Shown here: positions 1-7,719 of the stretch, one piece after another
Layout of the letters: each line of letters begins with the position of its first letter
Numbering within the stretch: the first letter of the stretch is position 1
Virus record (IMG/VR): IMGVR_UViG_3300010158_000052
Strand: one strand, 5' to 3'
Source of the DNA: an uncultured virus (IMG/VR IMGVR_UViG_3300010158_000052)
Lineage: Duplodnaviria > Heunggongvirae > Uroviricota > Caudoviricetes
DNA: 20,000 nt
Made by a program: the position numbers and the translations under genes
Notes under the pieces: model-generated
What the model saw: the letters and a program-made list of their open reading frames with translations, nothing else
Databases searched by the model: none
Told to the model about the DNA's origin: nothing

Positions 1-1
1 A

Positions 2-115
2 TTGAACAATCTACTGAAGGATGCCGATACCCAGCCATATATTTACTGGCCAAATCGAAGTGCCAAGATCGCAGAAGTTCTTAAGCGACTTGATACAATC
101 GACAAGTCTAAATAA
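2..115 (+). CDS. 3' end of conserved T4-like phage hypothetical protein (partial)
   Basis: Frame 2 reads LNNLLKDADTQPYIYWPNRSAKIAEVLKRLDTIDKSK*. The YIYWPNR motif resembles a small conserved gene found near uvsX in T4-like phages (recalled, not searched). Confidence 0.7.
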   Translation: MNNLLKDADTQPYIYWPNRSAKIAEVLKRLDTIDKSK

Positions 116-139
116 AACTGAGAGGTAGTTCCTCTCGTT
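116..139 (+). promoter_or_regulatory. Stem-loop in uvsX leader
   Basis: AAC-t-GAGAGG-tagtt-CCTCTC-GTT. A late-promoter-like CTAAATA (108-114) precedes it, and a G-free A/C-rich tract runs from it to the SD AAGGA. Confidence 0.55.
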
Positions 140-167
140 AAAACAATCAACAAACAAAGGAAATACA

Positions 168-1220
168 ATGAATACTAAACTAATGAGCAAGCTGTTGGCT
201 GCTGGTTCTATTAAGCTAGCCTCTACTCTTTCTGAGTCTGCTTTCTTCAATAAGAAAGATATCATTCAGACAAAACTTCCAATCCTAAACTTAGCTTTTT
301 CTGGATCGCTTGATGGTGGTCTAGTTCCTGGTCTGACAATCTTTGCTGGCGCATCGAAGTCATTCAAGACCTTGTTGGGTCTATATTGTATGAAGGCTTA
401 CTTCGATAAGTATCCAGATGCAATCGCCATCGTATATGATTCGGAGTTTGGTATTACTCCAGAATATCTTTCTAGTAATGGTATTGATACTTCACGAGTT
501 ATTCACATTCCTATTGAACACATTGAGCAACTCAAGTTTGATATTGTTAAGCGTCTAGAACAAATTAATCGTGGTGATCGTGTATTCTTGCTTCTTGATT
601 CTCTTGGTGCGTTGTCATCCAAGAAGGAAGTAGAAGATGCAATGGACGAAAAGTCTGTCACTGATATGACCCGTGCTAAGGCTATTCGTTCTCTTCTTCG
701 TATCATTACACCTCACTTGACGATGAAGGACATTCCTATGATTGTCGTCAATCACATCTATCAAACTATGGAACTCTTTTCCAGGTCTGTTGTAGGCGGC
801 GGTACTGCTGTTACATATTCTGCCAATCAAATTTTTATTATTTCTAAGGCACAAGAAAAAGATGGTTCTGATCTTGTTGGTTGGAACTTTACAATAAATA
901 TCGAGAAGTCTCGTTTTGTTAAAGAGAAGGCTAAGTTCCCATTCACAGTAACATACGAAGGCGGAATTAATAAGTGGTCTGGTCTTCTTGATATTGCAAT
1001 GGAAGCCAGTCTTGTTGTCAAGCCTTCTAATGGTTGGTATTCTCGTGTTAATCTAGAAACTGGAGAAGTAGAAGACAAGAAGTTTAGGTTTAAAGATACC
1101 AATACTTCTGAATTCTGGAAGGCTATGCTTTCTAATCCTCTCTTCAATGATAAGATTAAGAAAATGTATCAAATAGCAATGGCTCCTCCTTCTGAAAATA
1201 TTGCAGAGGATGACGATTAA
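168..1220 (+). CDS. uvsX: UvsX RecA-like recombinase
   Basis: Walker A GASKSFKT, YDSEFG, Walker B LLLDSLG, KEVEDA..K.V.DMTRAK, GGG..YSA, IEKSRFVKEK. SD AAGGA. Confidence 0.97.
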   Translation: MNTKLMSKLLAAGSIKLASTLSESAFFNKKDIIQTKLPILNLAFSGSLDGGLVPGLTIFAGASKSFKTLLGLYCMKAYFDKYPDAIAIVYDSEFGITPEYLSSNGIDTSRVIHIPIEHIEQLKFDIVKRLEQINRGDRVFLLLDSLGALSSKKEVEDAMDEKSVTDMTRAKAIRSLLRIITPHLTMKDIPMIVVNHIYQTMELFSRSVVGGGTAVTYSANQIFIISKAQEKDGSDLVGWNFTINIEKSRFVKEKAKFPFTVTYEGGINKWSGLLDIAMEASLVVKPSNGWYSRVNLETGEVEDKKFRFKDTNTSEFWKAMLSNPLFNDKIKKMYQIAMAPPSENIAEDDD

Positions 1221-1223
1221 AGG

Positions 1224-1252
1224 TTGACATTTTTATAATCCTACTATATACT
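1224..1252 (+). promoter_or_regulatory. Sigma70-type promoter for helicase
   Basis: TTGACA-N17-TATACT in the intergenic region. Confidence 0.85.
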
Positions 1253-1275
1253 CGTTCTATAACTAGGAGAAATTA

Positions 1276-2709
1276 ATGTCGATTGAGCAAACTATTCTAT
1301 CAAACCTTATTCACAATAAGGAATATGCGAGAAAGGTTCTTCCTTTCGTAAAGCCAGAATATTTTGCTGATCAATCGTATCGTACCTTGTTTTCTTTGAT
1401 TGATGAATACACACACAAATATAATGAGCCTCCCTCAAAGGAGGCTCTACATATTGACCTTGATAACAAAACAGGACTTAATGAAGAGTTGTTCAAAGAT
1501 ACACAAGAACTTGTGTCTTCTCTTCAGTATGATGATCAGACAAATTCTGACTGGCTTCTAGATGAAACAGAACGTTACTGTCAAGAACAAGCAGTCTATA
1601 ACGCCTTGATGGAAAGTATCGCTATCCATTCTGGTAATGATAAGGATAAGGATAAGGGGTCTATTCCTGAAATCCTTTCCGAAGCCTTGGCTGTATCTTT
1701 TGATACAAATGTTGGTCACGACTTTATTGATAATGCAGAAGAGCGATATGACTTCTATCATACGAAGGAAGATCGTATTCCGTTTGATCTTGATATTTTC
1801 AATAAGGTAACACAGGGAGGTGTCGCAAGAAAGACTTTGAGTATTGCTCTTGCCTCTACTGGTGTTGGTAAGACGATGTTTATGGCTCACTGTGCTGCTG
1901 CTAATCTTTTGCATGGTGTGAATGTTCTCTACATTACAATGGAAATGTCAGAAGAACGTATTGCTGAACGCATTGATGCGAACTTGATGAACATATCTAC
2001 TGAAGAACTACGTGAACTTCCTCGTGATTCTTTCCAGAAGAAGATGGCTCGTGTCAAGACAAAGGTTAAGGGTAAACTTATTATTAAGGAATATCCAACC
2101 AGTGGCGCTGGCGTATCTCACTTCAAGCATCTTATTCAGGAACTAAAGCTAAAGAAGGGCTTCGTTCCTGATGTTATCTATATTGACTATCTGAATATCT
2201 GTGCGTCATCTAGGATGAAGATGGGGAATAGCGTCAATAGCTATACTTACATCAAGTCTATTGCAGAAGAAATTCGTGGTCTAGCTGTAGAAACAAAGAC
2301 TGCTATCTTTACCGCTACACAAACAAATCGTGATGGTTATGCATCTAGTGATGTTGACCTCGCAAACACATCAGAAAGCTTTGGCGTTCCTGCTACTGCC
2401 GACTTAATGTTTGCTCTTATTGCTACCGAAGAACTTGAAGAAATGCATCAGCTAATGGTGAAAATCCTCAAGAACCGATATGCAGAGAACGGCAAGAAGT
2501 TTGTTATTGGTATGGATAGAGCCAAGATGCAGTTGTTCGACGCAGAACAATCTGCACAGGACGATCTCGACAATTCAACTCCTAAGAAGAGGAAGAAGAA
2601 TAAAGATGTTCCTGTGATGGATGAAACTCAGTATGGCGAACGTTACGAAGAAGACATGAAGGCAACATGGAAAAGCAAAAAGAAGAATTTTGATGATTTC
2701 ATGGCTTGA
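1276..2709 (+). CDS. 41: gp41-like replicative DNA helicase (DnaB family)
   Basis: ASTGVGKT Walker A, YITMEMSEERIAERIDAN, IIKEYPT, YIDYLNIC, ATQTNR, SESFG, KNRY. SD AGGAG. Confidence 0.97.
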   Translation: MSIEQTILSNLIHNKEYARKVLPFVKPEYFADQSYRTLFSLIDEYTHKYNEPPSKEALHIDLDNKTGLNEELFKDTQELVSSLQYDDQTNSDWLLDETERYCQEQAVYNALMESIAIHSGNDKDKDKGSIPEILSEALAVSFDTNVGHDFIDNAEERYDFYHTKEDRIPFDLDIFNKVTQGGVARKTLSIALASTGVGKTMFMAHCAAANLLHGVNVLYITMEMSEERIAERIDANLMNISTEELRELPRDSFQKKMARVKTKVKGKLIIKEYPTSGAGVSHFKHLIQELKLKKGFVPDVIYIDYLNICASSRMKMGNSVNSYTYIKSIAEEIRGLAVETKTAIFTATQTNRDGYASSDVDLANTSESFGVPATADLMFALIATEELEEMHQLMVKILKNRYAENGKKFVIGMDRAKMQLFDAEQSAQDDLDNSTPKKRKKNKDVPVMDETQYGERYEEDMKATWKSKKKNFDDFMA

Positions 2710-2733
2710 CAAATAAAATAAGAAATACTATAT
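2705..2733 (+). promoter_or_regulatory. Host-type promoter for hsp20
   Basis: CTTGAC-N17-CTATAT (also readable as TTGACA-N17-TATATA), overlapping the gp41 stop codon. Confidence 0.8.
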
Positions 2734-2740
2734 ATGCTTG

Positions 2741-2794
2741 GCGTTGCCAATGTGGGACGCTTTAATATATCTTGCTTAAATGGAGAAACACATG
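2741..2794 (+). promoter_or_regulatory. ROSE-like RNA thermometer in hsp20 5' UTR
   Basis: Hairpin 1 GCGTT-G-CCA-atg-TGG-GACGC (2741-2760). Hairpin 2 TCTT-G-CT (2770-2776) can pair with SD GGAGA (2782-2786) with a bulged G, matching the U(U/C)GCU ROSE signature upstream of an sHsp. Confidence 0.65.
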
Positions 2795-3223
2795 ATGCTT
2801 AAGACTTTTTTTAATCAGTATGAAGAATTGATGAAGCTAACTGCAAACCTTAATTCTGATTTGACACATATTCCTTATTATAATATTATTCGTAAGTCTT
2901 CTCTTGCGGACAATGGACATATTATCGAGATTGCTCTTCCTGGATTTACAGAAGAAGACATCGATGTGTCTAAGAAGGACAACCGTGTGTCTATTCATGC
3001 GAAGCGTTCCGATGCTGGCGAACGTCCGTATGTATATCGTGGTATCAATAAAAACCATTATGCAGTTTCTTTTGTCGTTCCAGATAATAGTATCGTAGAC
3101 GATGTTACTTTGGAAGATGGTATCTTGAAGATTCTTATTTCCTATGCCACAGATAAGGCAAAGGAAGAATCTATTCCGATCAATTCCAAAAAAGATAAGA
3201 AGAAAACCTTTATCCAAGATTAA
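2792..3223 (+). CDS. hsp20: Small heat shock protein (Hsp20/IbpA-like)
   Basis: PYYNII, IEIALPGF.EEDIDV, YVYRGI, LEDGILKI, C-terminal IPI motif. Start moved to ATG 2792, which follows SD GGAGA. Confidence 0.92.
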   Translation: MMLKTFFNQYEELMKLTANLNSDLTHIPYYNIIRKSSLADNGHIIEIALPGFTEEDIDVSKKDNRVSIHAKRSDAGERPYVYRGINKNHYAVSFVVPDNSIVDDVTLEDGILKILISYATDKAKEESIPINSKKDKKKTFIQD

Positions 3224-3231
3224 TATATCGA

Positions 3232-3259
3232 TTGACATTTGGTCAAATTGATATATTAT
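3232..3259 (+). promoter_or_regulatory. Sigma70-type promoter
   Basis: TTGACA-N16-TATTAT, or extended -10 TGaTATATT. Predicted start site about 3264-3266. Confidence 0.7.
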
Positions 3260-3263
3260 AAGT

Positions 3264-3336
3264 AGATAGACTGTCGTTTAATAAAGACCTCGCGGCTTTG
3301 AACCCGATGATGAAGGACACTCCTTCCAGTCTATCT
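3264..3336 (+). ncRNA. tRNA-Gln(UUG)-like RNA, non-canonical (no D-loop GG, no TTCRA T-loop, no CCA)
   Basis: Cloverleaf by eye: acceptor TAGACTG/CAGTCTA (extends to 10 bp); D stem GTTT/AGAC; anticodon loop CTTTGAA in stem TCG-c-GG/CCCGA; variable TGAT; T stem GAAGG/CCTTC with a 5-nt loop. Confidence 0.75.
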
Positions 3337-3359
3337 TTAATTTTTATGAAAGAATTGAA

Positions 3360-3527
3360 ATGACCGAGACGCCATCTGTACTTCGTGAAAAGATCACTCA
3401 TCAAATCTATGAAACTATGCAGAAGACAAAGCCATATCCAAGCAATCAACTTGTTTCTATGCATCAATGTCGTATGGCAGCTATTGCCGTTGTCGATATT
3501 ATTTTAGAGACAGCGGGTTCAAAGTGA
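3360..3527 (+). CDS. Hypothetical protein (55 aa)
   Basis: Manually translated ORF MTETPSVLREKITHQIYE...ILETAGSK* fills the gap on the coding strand. Confidence 0.6.
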   Translation: MTETPSVLREKITHQIYETMQKTKPYPSNQLVSMHQCRMAAIAVVDIILETAGSK

Positions 3528-3571
3528 GTTATACTATTCAGGAAATGGAAATGTCTTTAACAGGAAACAAA

Positions 3572-3754
3572 ATGAAAACGACTTTTTTTGTTGATTACTA
3601 TCTTGAAGAAGGTGGGCGAAAGTCTCGTCAACAAATGCAAGGCAGTTCTACTCTGAACTTAGCTGGATCGACTAGTGATTTTGCTGTTCAAAATTATTTA
3701 CAAGAACGCCATCAAGGCAAGACTGTGAGTATCATGAACATCAAGTGGTTGTGA
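3572..3754 (+). CDS. Hypothetical protein (60 aa)
   Basis: SD AGGA before ATG 3572 (MKTTFFVDYY...). The stop overlaps the next start (TGATG). Confidence 0.7.
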   Translation: MKTTFFVDYYLEEGGRKSRQQMQGSSTLNLAGSTSDFAVQNYLQERHQGKTVSIMNIKWL

Positions 3755-4041
3755 TGGAAGAAGAATTTTTAGTAACTTGTAATGAGTGTGGAACTGAGTT
3801 TGAAGGATTTTTTCATAATCAAGCAAACGACTGCGCTTCTACTTTTTATACTATGACAGGTCCTTATGACAGTACATTATACTTAGTAGCTGGTGGGTTT
3901 GGTTCTAAGCTCATTGATTTTGAATCTTGGAAGTTTAATAATGATCCTGGTTTAAACGTGGGCGATACCTTATGTGATTCTTGTATCAAGACATTTCAAG
4001 AATCTGGCGAATTAACCCTTTATAGAAACGAGTTGATATAA
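3754..4041 (+). CDS. Hypothetical protein with two CxxC motifs (putative Zn-binding)
   Basis: CNEC and CDSC motifs; translationally coupled on both sides. Confidence 0.75.
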   Translation: MEEEFLVTCNECGTEFEGFFHNQANDCASTFYTMTGPYDSTLYLVAGGFGSKLIDFESWKFNNDPGLNVGDTLCDSCIKTFQESGELTLYRNELI

Positions 4042-4202
4042 TGAGTAGAGAAGTAGAAATCGCTGCTATATTCAGATTGATTGAAAAGCTCAACGAGATG
4101 AAAGAAATGGGCGCAGCTCCAAAAGATATTGAAAATTTAGAAGATGATATTGGTAATTTACAAATGAATTCAATTATAGGAGATTTATTCGATGAAGATT
4201 AA
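4041..4202 (+). CDS. Small acidic hypothetical protein (53 aa)
   Basis: TAATG coupling; MSREVEIAAIFRLIEKLNEMKE...DLFDED*. Confidence 0.65.
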   Translation: MSREVEIAAIFRLIEKLNEMKEMGAAPKDIENLEDDIGNLQMNSIIGDLFDED

Positions 4203-4776
4203 TATTGGCAATGATTATTACGCATTAGAGACTTATGGACTTATTAATAAATATTTTATGAAGAAGTACAATAAGCCATATTTTTCTATGGAAGATAAAG
4301 AATTAAGTTTTATCGATAATGTAGTTGTTGCGATTGGCGATACTATTGATAATATTCTAAACGCTACTATCAATAAGATTATCTTCAAGATTCCCAAGAG
4401 GGTTAAGGTAAAGATCGAAAAGCACGATGTTTGGGCATTAGATTATACTCTGGCTCTTATTATTGTTCCTGCCCTTAAGAAGCTAAAGGATGCTAAACAA
4501 GGTTCTCCATTTGTTGATGATGTTGATGTTCCTGATCATCTGAAGGTCGATCCTTTAGAAGTAAAAGAACACCAATGGGATATCGATAGCCGCTATCATG
4601 CTCGTTGGGATTATGTTATCGACGAAATGGTCTGGACATTCGAACAACATGCTATTCAAAATACCTATCTAGAAGATGAGTTCAACACCGACAAAGCAGC
4701 ATATGATGCTCATTCTGTCAGAATTAAGAATGGAAATCGTCTCTTTGGTAAATATTATAATATGCTTTGGAGTTAA
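4192..4776 (+). CDS. Conserved phage hypothetical protein
   Basis: SD AGGAG. Motifs KIEKHDVWALDYTLA.II.P.LK.LK..KQGSP.VDD.DVP, RWDYVIDEM and LFGKYY are recalled from T4-like phage hypotheticals. Confidence 0.8.
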   Translation: MKINIGNDYYALETYGLINKYFMKKYNKPYFSMEDKELSFIDNVVVAIGDTIDNILNATINKIIFKIPKRVKVKIEKHDVWALDYTLALIIVPALKKLKDAKQGSPFVDDVDVPDHLKVDPLEVKEHQWDIDSRYHARWDYVIDEMVWTFEQHAIQNTYLEDEFNTDKAAYDAHSVRIKNGNRLFGKYYNMLWS

Positions 4777-4779
4777 TTT

Positions 4780-5880
4780 ATGAATTATTTGTTTACAAGC
4801 GAAAGCGTCAGCGAAGGTCATCCAGATAAAGTTGCTGATCTTATTAGTGATTCTATTTTAGATTTAGTCATGAAACATGAAGACACAAGCATGAGATGTG
4901 CGTGTGAAACATTAGTTACTACAGATAAAGTAATTTTAGCTGGAGAGTACAAAGGTATTTTAAATCCAGAAGAAGTTGAAAATACAGTTCGTTCTACTAT
5001 TAAAAATATTGGGTATGAACAATCTGGATTTAATTGGCGCACTGTAGATATTACTAATTTACTACACGGACAGTCAGAAGATATTGCTTTAGGTACTGAT
5101 AATTTTGGTGCTGGTGATCAGGGTCTTATGTTTGGTTATGCATGTAATGAGACTAAAAATTATATGCCAGCAGCTATTAATTATAGTCACCAGATAATGC
5201 AACATCTAACTTCTCTTCGTAAAAATGGACAAACTGAGCTAGGACCAGATTCTAAGGCACAAGTAACTTTAGAGTATGATGACCGTAATAATATTATCGG
5301 TATCCGTAAAATCGTATGCTCAACTCAACATAGAGAAGATGTAAAAATTGAACATGTTAGGGAAATAGTAGAAGGTGCTATCCGTAATTTAATTTCTGAA
5401 GTAAATTTAAAAAATACTGAATTTCTAATTAATCCTACAGGTAGATTTGTTATCGGTGGTCCAGATGGAGATACTGGTCTGACAGGTAGAAAGATTATCG
5501 TAGATACTTACGGAGGCTCTTCTCCTCATGGTGGTGGTGCTTTTAGTGGTAAAGACCCAACAAAAGTAGACAGAAGTGCTGCATACATGGCTCGATACTT
5601 AGCTAAGAATATCGTATATAATTGGGCGTATTCTACACCAATGTTTGCTACAGTTCAATTAGCATATGCTATTGGCGTTGCAGAACCAATTAGTGTGAGT
5701 GTTAAAGTTAATGGCCAAGAAGATCAACATTTATCTAATTGGATTTCTAAGAATGTTGACTTGACGCCAAAGGGAATTATTGATAAGTTTAAATTGTTCC
5801 GTCCCATATATACACAAACTACAAACTATGGTCATTTCGGAAAAACTGAGTTACCTTGGGAATCGTTAGATTTATTTTAA
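4780..5880 (+). CDS. metK: S-adenosylmethionine synthetase
   Basis: FTSESVSEGHPDK, GAGDQG, PDSKAQV, GGPDGDTGLTGRKIIVDTYGG, GGGAFSGKDPTKVDRS, YGHFG. Confidence 0.97.
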   Translation: MNYLFTSESVSEGHPDKVADLISDSILDLVMKHEDTSMRCACETLVTTDKVILAGEYKGILNPEEVENTVRSTIKNIGYEQSGFNWRTVDITNLLHGQSEDIALGTDNFGAGDQGLMFGYACNETKNYMPAAINYSHQIMQHLTSLRKNGQTELGPDSKAQVTLEYDDRNNIIGIRKIVCSTQHREDVKIEHVREIVEGAIRNLISEVNLKNTEFLINPTGRFVIGGPDGDTGLTGRKIIVDTYGGSSPHGGGAFSGKDPTKVDRSAAYMARYLAKNIVYNWAYSTPMFATVQLAYAIGVAEPISVSVKVNGQEDQHLSNWISKNVDLTPKGIIDKFKLFRPIYTQTTNYGHFGKTELPWESLDLF

Positions 5881-5895
5881 TAGTTGAGATATAAA

Positions 5896-6312
5896 ATGGG
5901 AACAAAACGAACTACTACTTCGAGTGGAAATTCTAGAAATACATTTAGCCGAAATACAAATGGCAAAACTGTTCAGTCTCATAGTTCAAAAAGTGGAAAC
6001 ATTAGAACTACTTCTAGTAGGCCCAGTAATGGTCCTACTAAGATCACTAAGACTTATACAAATTCATCTGGCTATGTAACAAGGAAAACCATCTCTCCAA
6101 AGAAAGTTAGAACGAAGGTTGTAAAGACTAAGGTTATTAAGCCAACTAAGTTCAAAGCTCCACCAAAGACAAAGTTGTATAAGCCAAGAGCAACACCTAG
6201 AACTAAAAATGTAAATCGTCGAAGAACCACTAAATCCAAACCGTTATCACTAACAGCAACGGTTTGGATATTTGGTTTTATTTTTTTAGCAATTATACTG
6301 TCTCATATCTGA
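5896..6312 (+). CDS. Highly basic K/R/T/S-rich protein with C-terminal transmembrane helix
   Basis: No Asp or Glu in the translation; ends TATVWIFGFIFLAIILSHI. Confidence 0.7.
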   Translation: MGTKRTTTSSGNSRNTFSRNTNGKTVQSHSSKSGNIRTTSSRPSNGPTKITKTYTNSSGYVTRKTISPKKVRTKVVKTKVIKPTKFKAPPKTKLYKPRATPRTKNVNRRRTTKSKPLSLTATVWIFGFIFLAIILSHI

Positions 6313-6315
6313 TAC

Positions 6316-6323
6316 TATAAATA
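6316..6323 (+). promoter_or_regulatory. T4-type late promoter
   Basis: Exact TATAAATA, intergenic. Confidence 0.75.
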
Positions 6324-6367
6324 ATGGGTGACTTCTGTTTTTAATATGGATCAAACAGGAGAATAAA

Positions 6368-6766
6368 ATGGTAGAAAAAAATCCAACATTTGGGGAAAGA
6401 TTAGCTGACCGTGCTGCTAAAACTTTAGGCTCTTGGAGATTTATTGTTTTACAAAGTTGTCTATTGCTTTCTTATATATTGTGGAATACTCTAGGTCCAA
6501 TAAATTTAAGGTTTGATTCGTTTCCTTTTATATTTTTAAATCTAGCATTATCATTTCAAGCAGCATATTCTGCTCCAATTATTATGATTAGTAACAATAG
6601 GCAATCTCAAATTGATCGTGAGCGTTCAATTTCGATATATAGATTAGAGACCTCTGAGCACGAACAATTGTATAAACTTACTGAGCATATTGATAAACAC
6701 TTTGAAAAAATTCATGAAAAGATCGAAAAACATGGGTTGACAAAAAATGAAGATGTGCTATACTAA
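6368..6766 (+). CDS. DUF1003-like membrane protein
   Basis: GERLAD....GSWRFI, FDSFPFIFLNLALSFQAAYSAPIIMISNNRQ; two TM helices; SD AGGAG. Confidence 0.85.
   Translation: MVEKNPTFGERLADRAAKTLGSWRFIVLQSCLLLSYILWNTLGPINLRFDSFPFIFLNLALSFQAAYSAPIIMISNNRQSQIDRERSISIYRLETSEHEQLYKLTEHIDKHFEKIHEKIEKHGLTKNEDVLY
6737..6764 (+). promoter_or_regulatory. Sigma70-type promoter
   Basis: TTGACA-N16-TATACT with extended -10 TG, lying inside the 3' end of the DUF1003 gene. Confidence 0.75.
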
Positions 6767-6782
6767 TGTCAAGGAGTACTTA

Positions 6783-7046
6783 ATGGCAAACGGACTTGAT
6801 AAGTACGAAGATTATCAACTATGGGTTGATTATGATGAACTGGTGTGTACAGCAAGATATTTCAAAAAGAAAAATCCAAGGATGTCTGGTCATGAAATGA
6901 TGATGGACATCTACGATTGTCTTTCTACAAAATATGGAATTACTTCTGAACAGGTTGATGAATCTATTAAACGACTAAATTCATACAATAAGAAAACCAT
7001 CAAACTTCTAAAGAAAATCCTCGACGTTAATCCATTACAGGACTAA
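6783..7046 (+). CDS. Hypothetical protein
   Basis: SD AAGGAG before ATG 6783 (MANGLDKYEDY...). Confidence 0.75.
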   Translation: MANGLDKYEDYQLWVDYDELVCTARYFKKKNPRMSGHEMMMDIYDCLSTKYGITSEQVDESIKRLNSYNKKTIKLLKKILDVNPLQD

Positions 7047-7052
7047 TATATC

Positions 7053-7553
7053 ATGAAAATATCAGTGGAGCCATACTCAGGACAAAAGAAGCCTACTGAG
7101 TATTGGGAAGATAGAGTTAAAAATGCGTTGATATTTTATGGAAGAAAACTATTCACAGAAGAAGAATTTTCTTCCATAGATGTTTCTGTAGTTTTTGATA
7201 AAACTTTGGTAAAAGAACAAACAGAAGGTCTATGTACCTGTATTGAATATGATGAAAATCCAAAATACTTTGAAATTTCTTTATCAACCGATAGAAAAGT
7301 AATTCTAGAAAAAACACTCGCCCACGAAATAGTTCACATCAAGCAATATGTGAAGAATGAATTAATTGATGTCATTGGTGCAGATAATTCTGTTATGTGG
7401 AAAAATCAAATGCATGTTATAAATGACGCCGACGAAGATGCTTACTTTGACAGCCCTTGGGAAATAGAAGCATTTGGGCGTGAGGTTGGGTTGTATAGTA
7501 GATATTTCCAATCTCTTGATATTGATACTCGTAAGTCGTATGGTTTAAAGTAG
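7053..7553 (+). CDS. Putative zincin metallopeptidase (HExxH)
   Basis: TLAHEIVHIKQY and PWEIEAFGRE, with a downstream Glu ligand. Confidence 0.8.
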   Translation: MKISVEPYSGQKKPTEYWEDRVKNALIFYGRKLFTEEEFSSIDVSVVFDKTLVKEQTEGLCTCIEYDENPKYFEISLSTDRKVILEKTLAHEIVHIKQYVKNELIDVIGADNSVMWKNQMHVINDADEDAYFDSPWEIEAFGREVGLYSRYFQSLDIDTRKSYGLK

Positions 7554-7562
7554 GAGAAATCT

Positions 7563-7715
7563 GTGATTGATATGAAGAAGAAACGTTCTAGCATTATGAC
7601 TTTTAAAACATACTATGAAATGAATGAGACAACCAATAATAATAAAAAGTTGTCTAAGAAGATTACATATTATGATCCATCAAAGACAGAACCTTGGATA
7701 CTCATAGTGAGATAA
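7563..7715 (+). CDS. Hypothetical protein (50 aa)
   Basis: SD AGGAG, GTG start; MIDMKKKRSSIMTFKTYYEMNE...WILIVR*. Confidence 0.55.
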   Translation: MIDMKKKRSSIMTFKTYYEMNETTNNNKKLSKKITYYDPSKTEPWILIVR

Positions 7716-7719
7716 CAAT

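Noticed and set aside
3264..3336. Calling the element a functional canonical tRNA-Gln
   Set aside because: It lacks D-loop GG, T-loop TTCRA and CCA, and has a bulged anticodon stem. Reported as tRNA-like instead.
3467..3571. Long N-terminal extensions in the ORF track (3467, 2780, 6747, 10939, 12634, 14904, 15454, 16771)
   Set aside because: Downstream starts have an SD or stop-start coupling, and most of the extensions overlap upstream genes or leaders.
894..4251. ATAAATA copies inside uvsX (about 894-900) and ORF 4192 (about 4245-4251)
   Set aside because: Intragenic in AT-rich DNA and not positioned before a start; probably chance.
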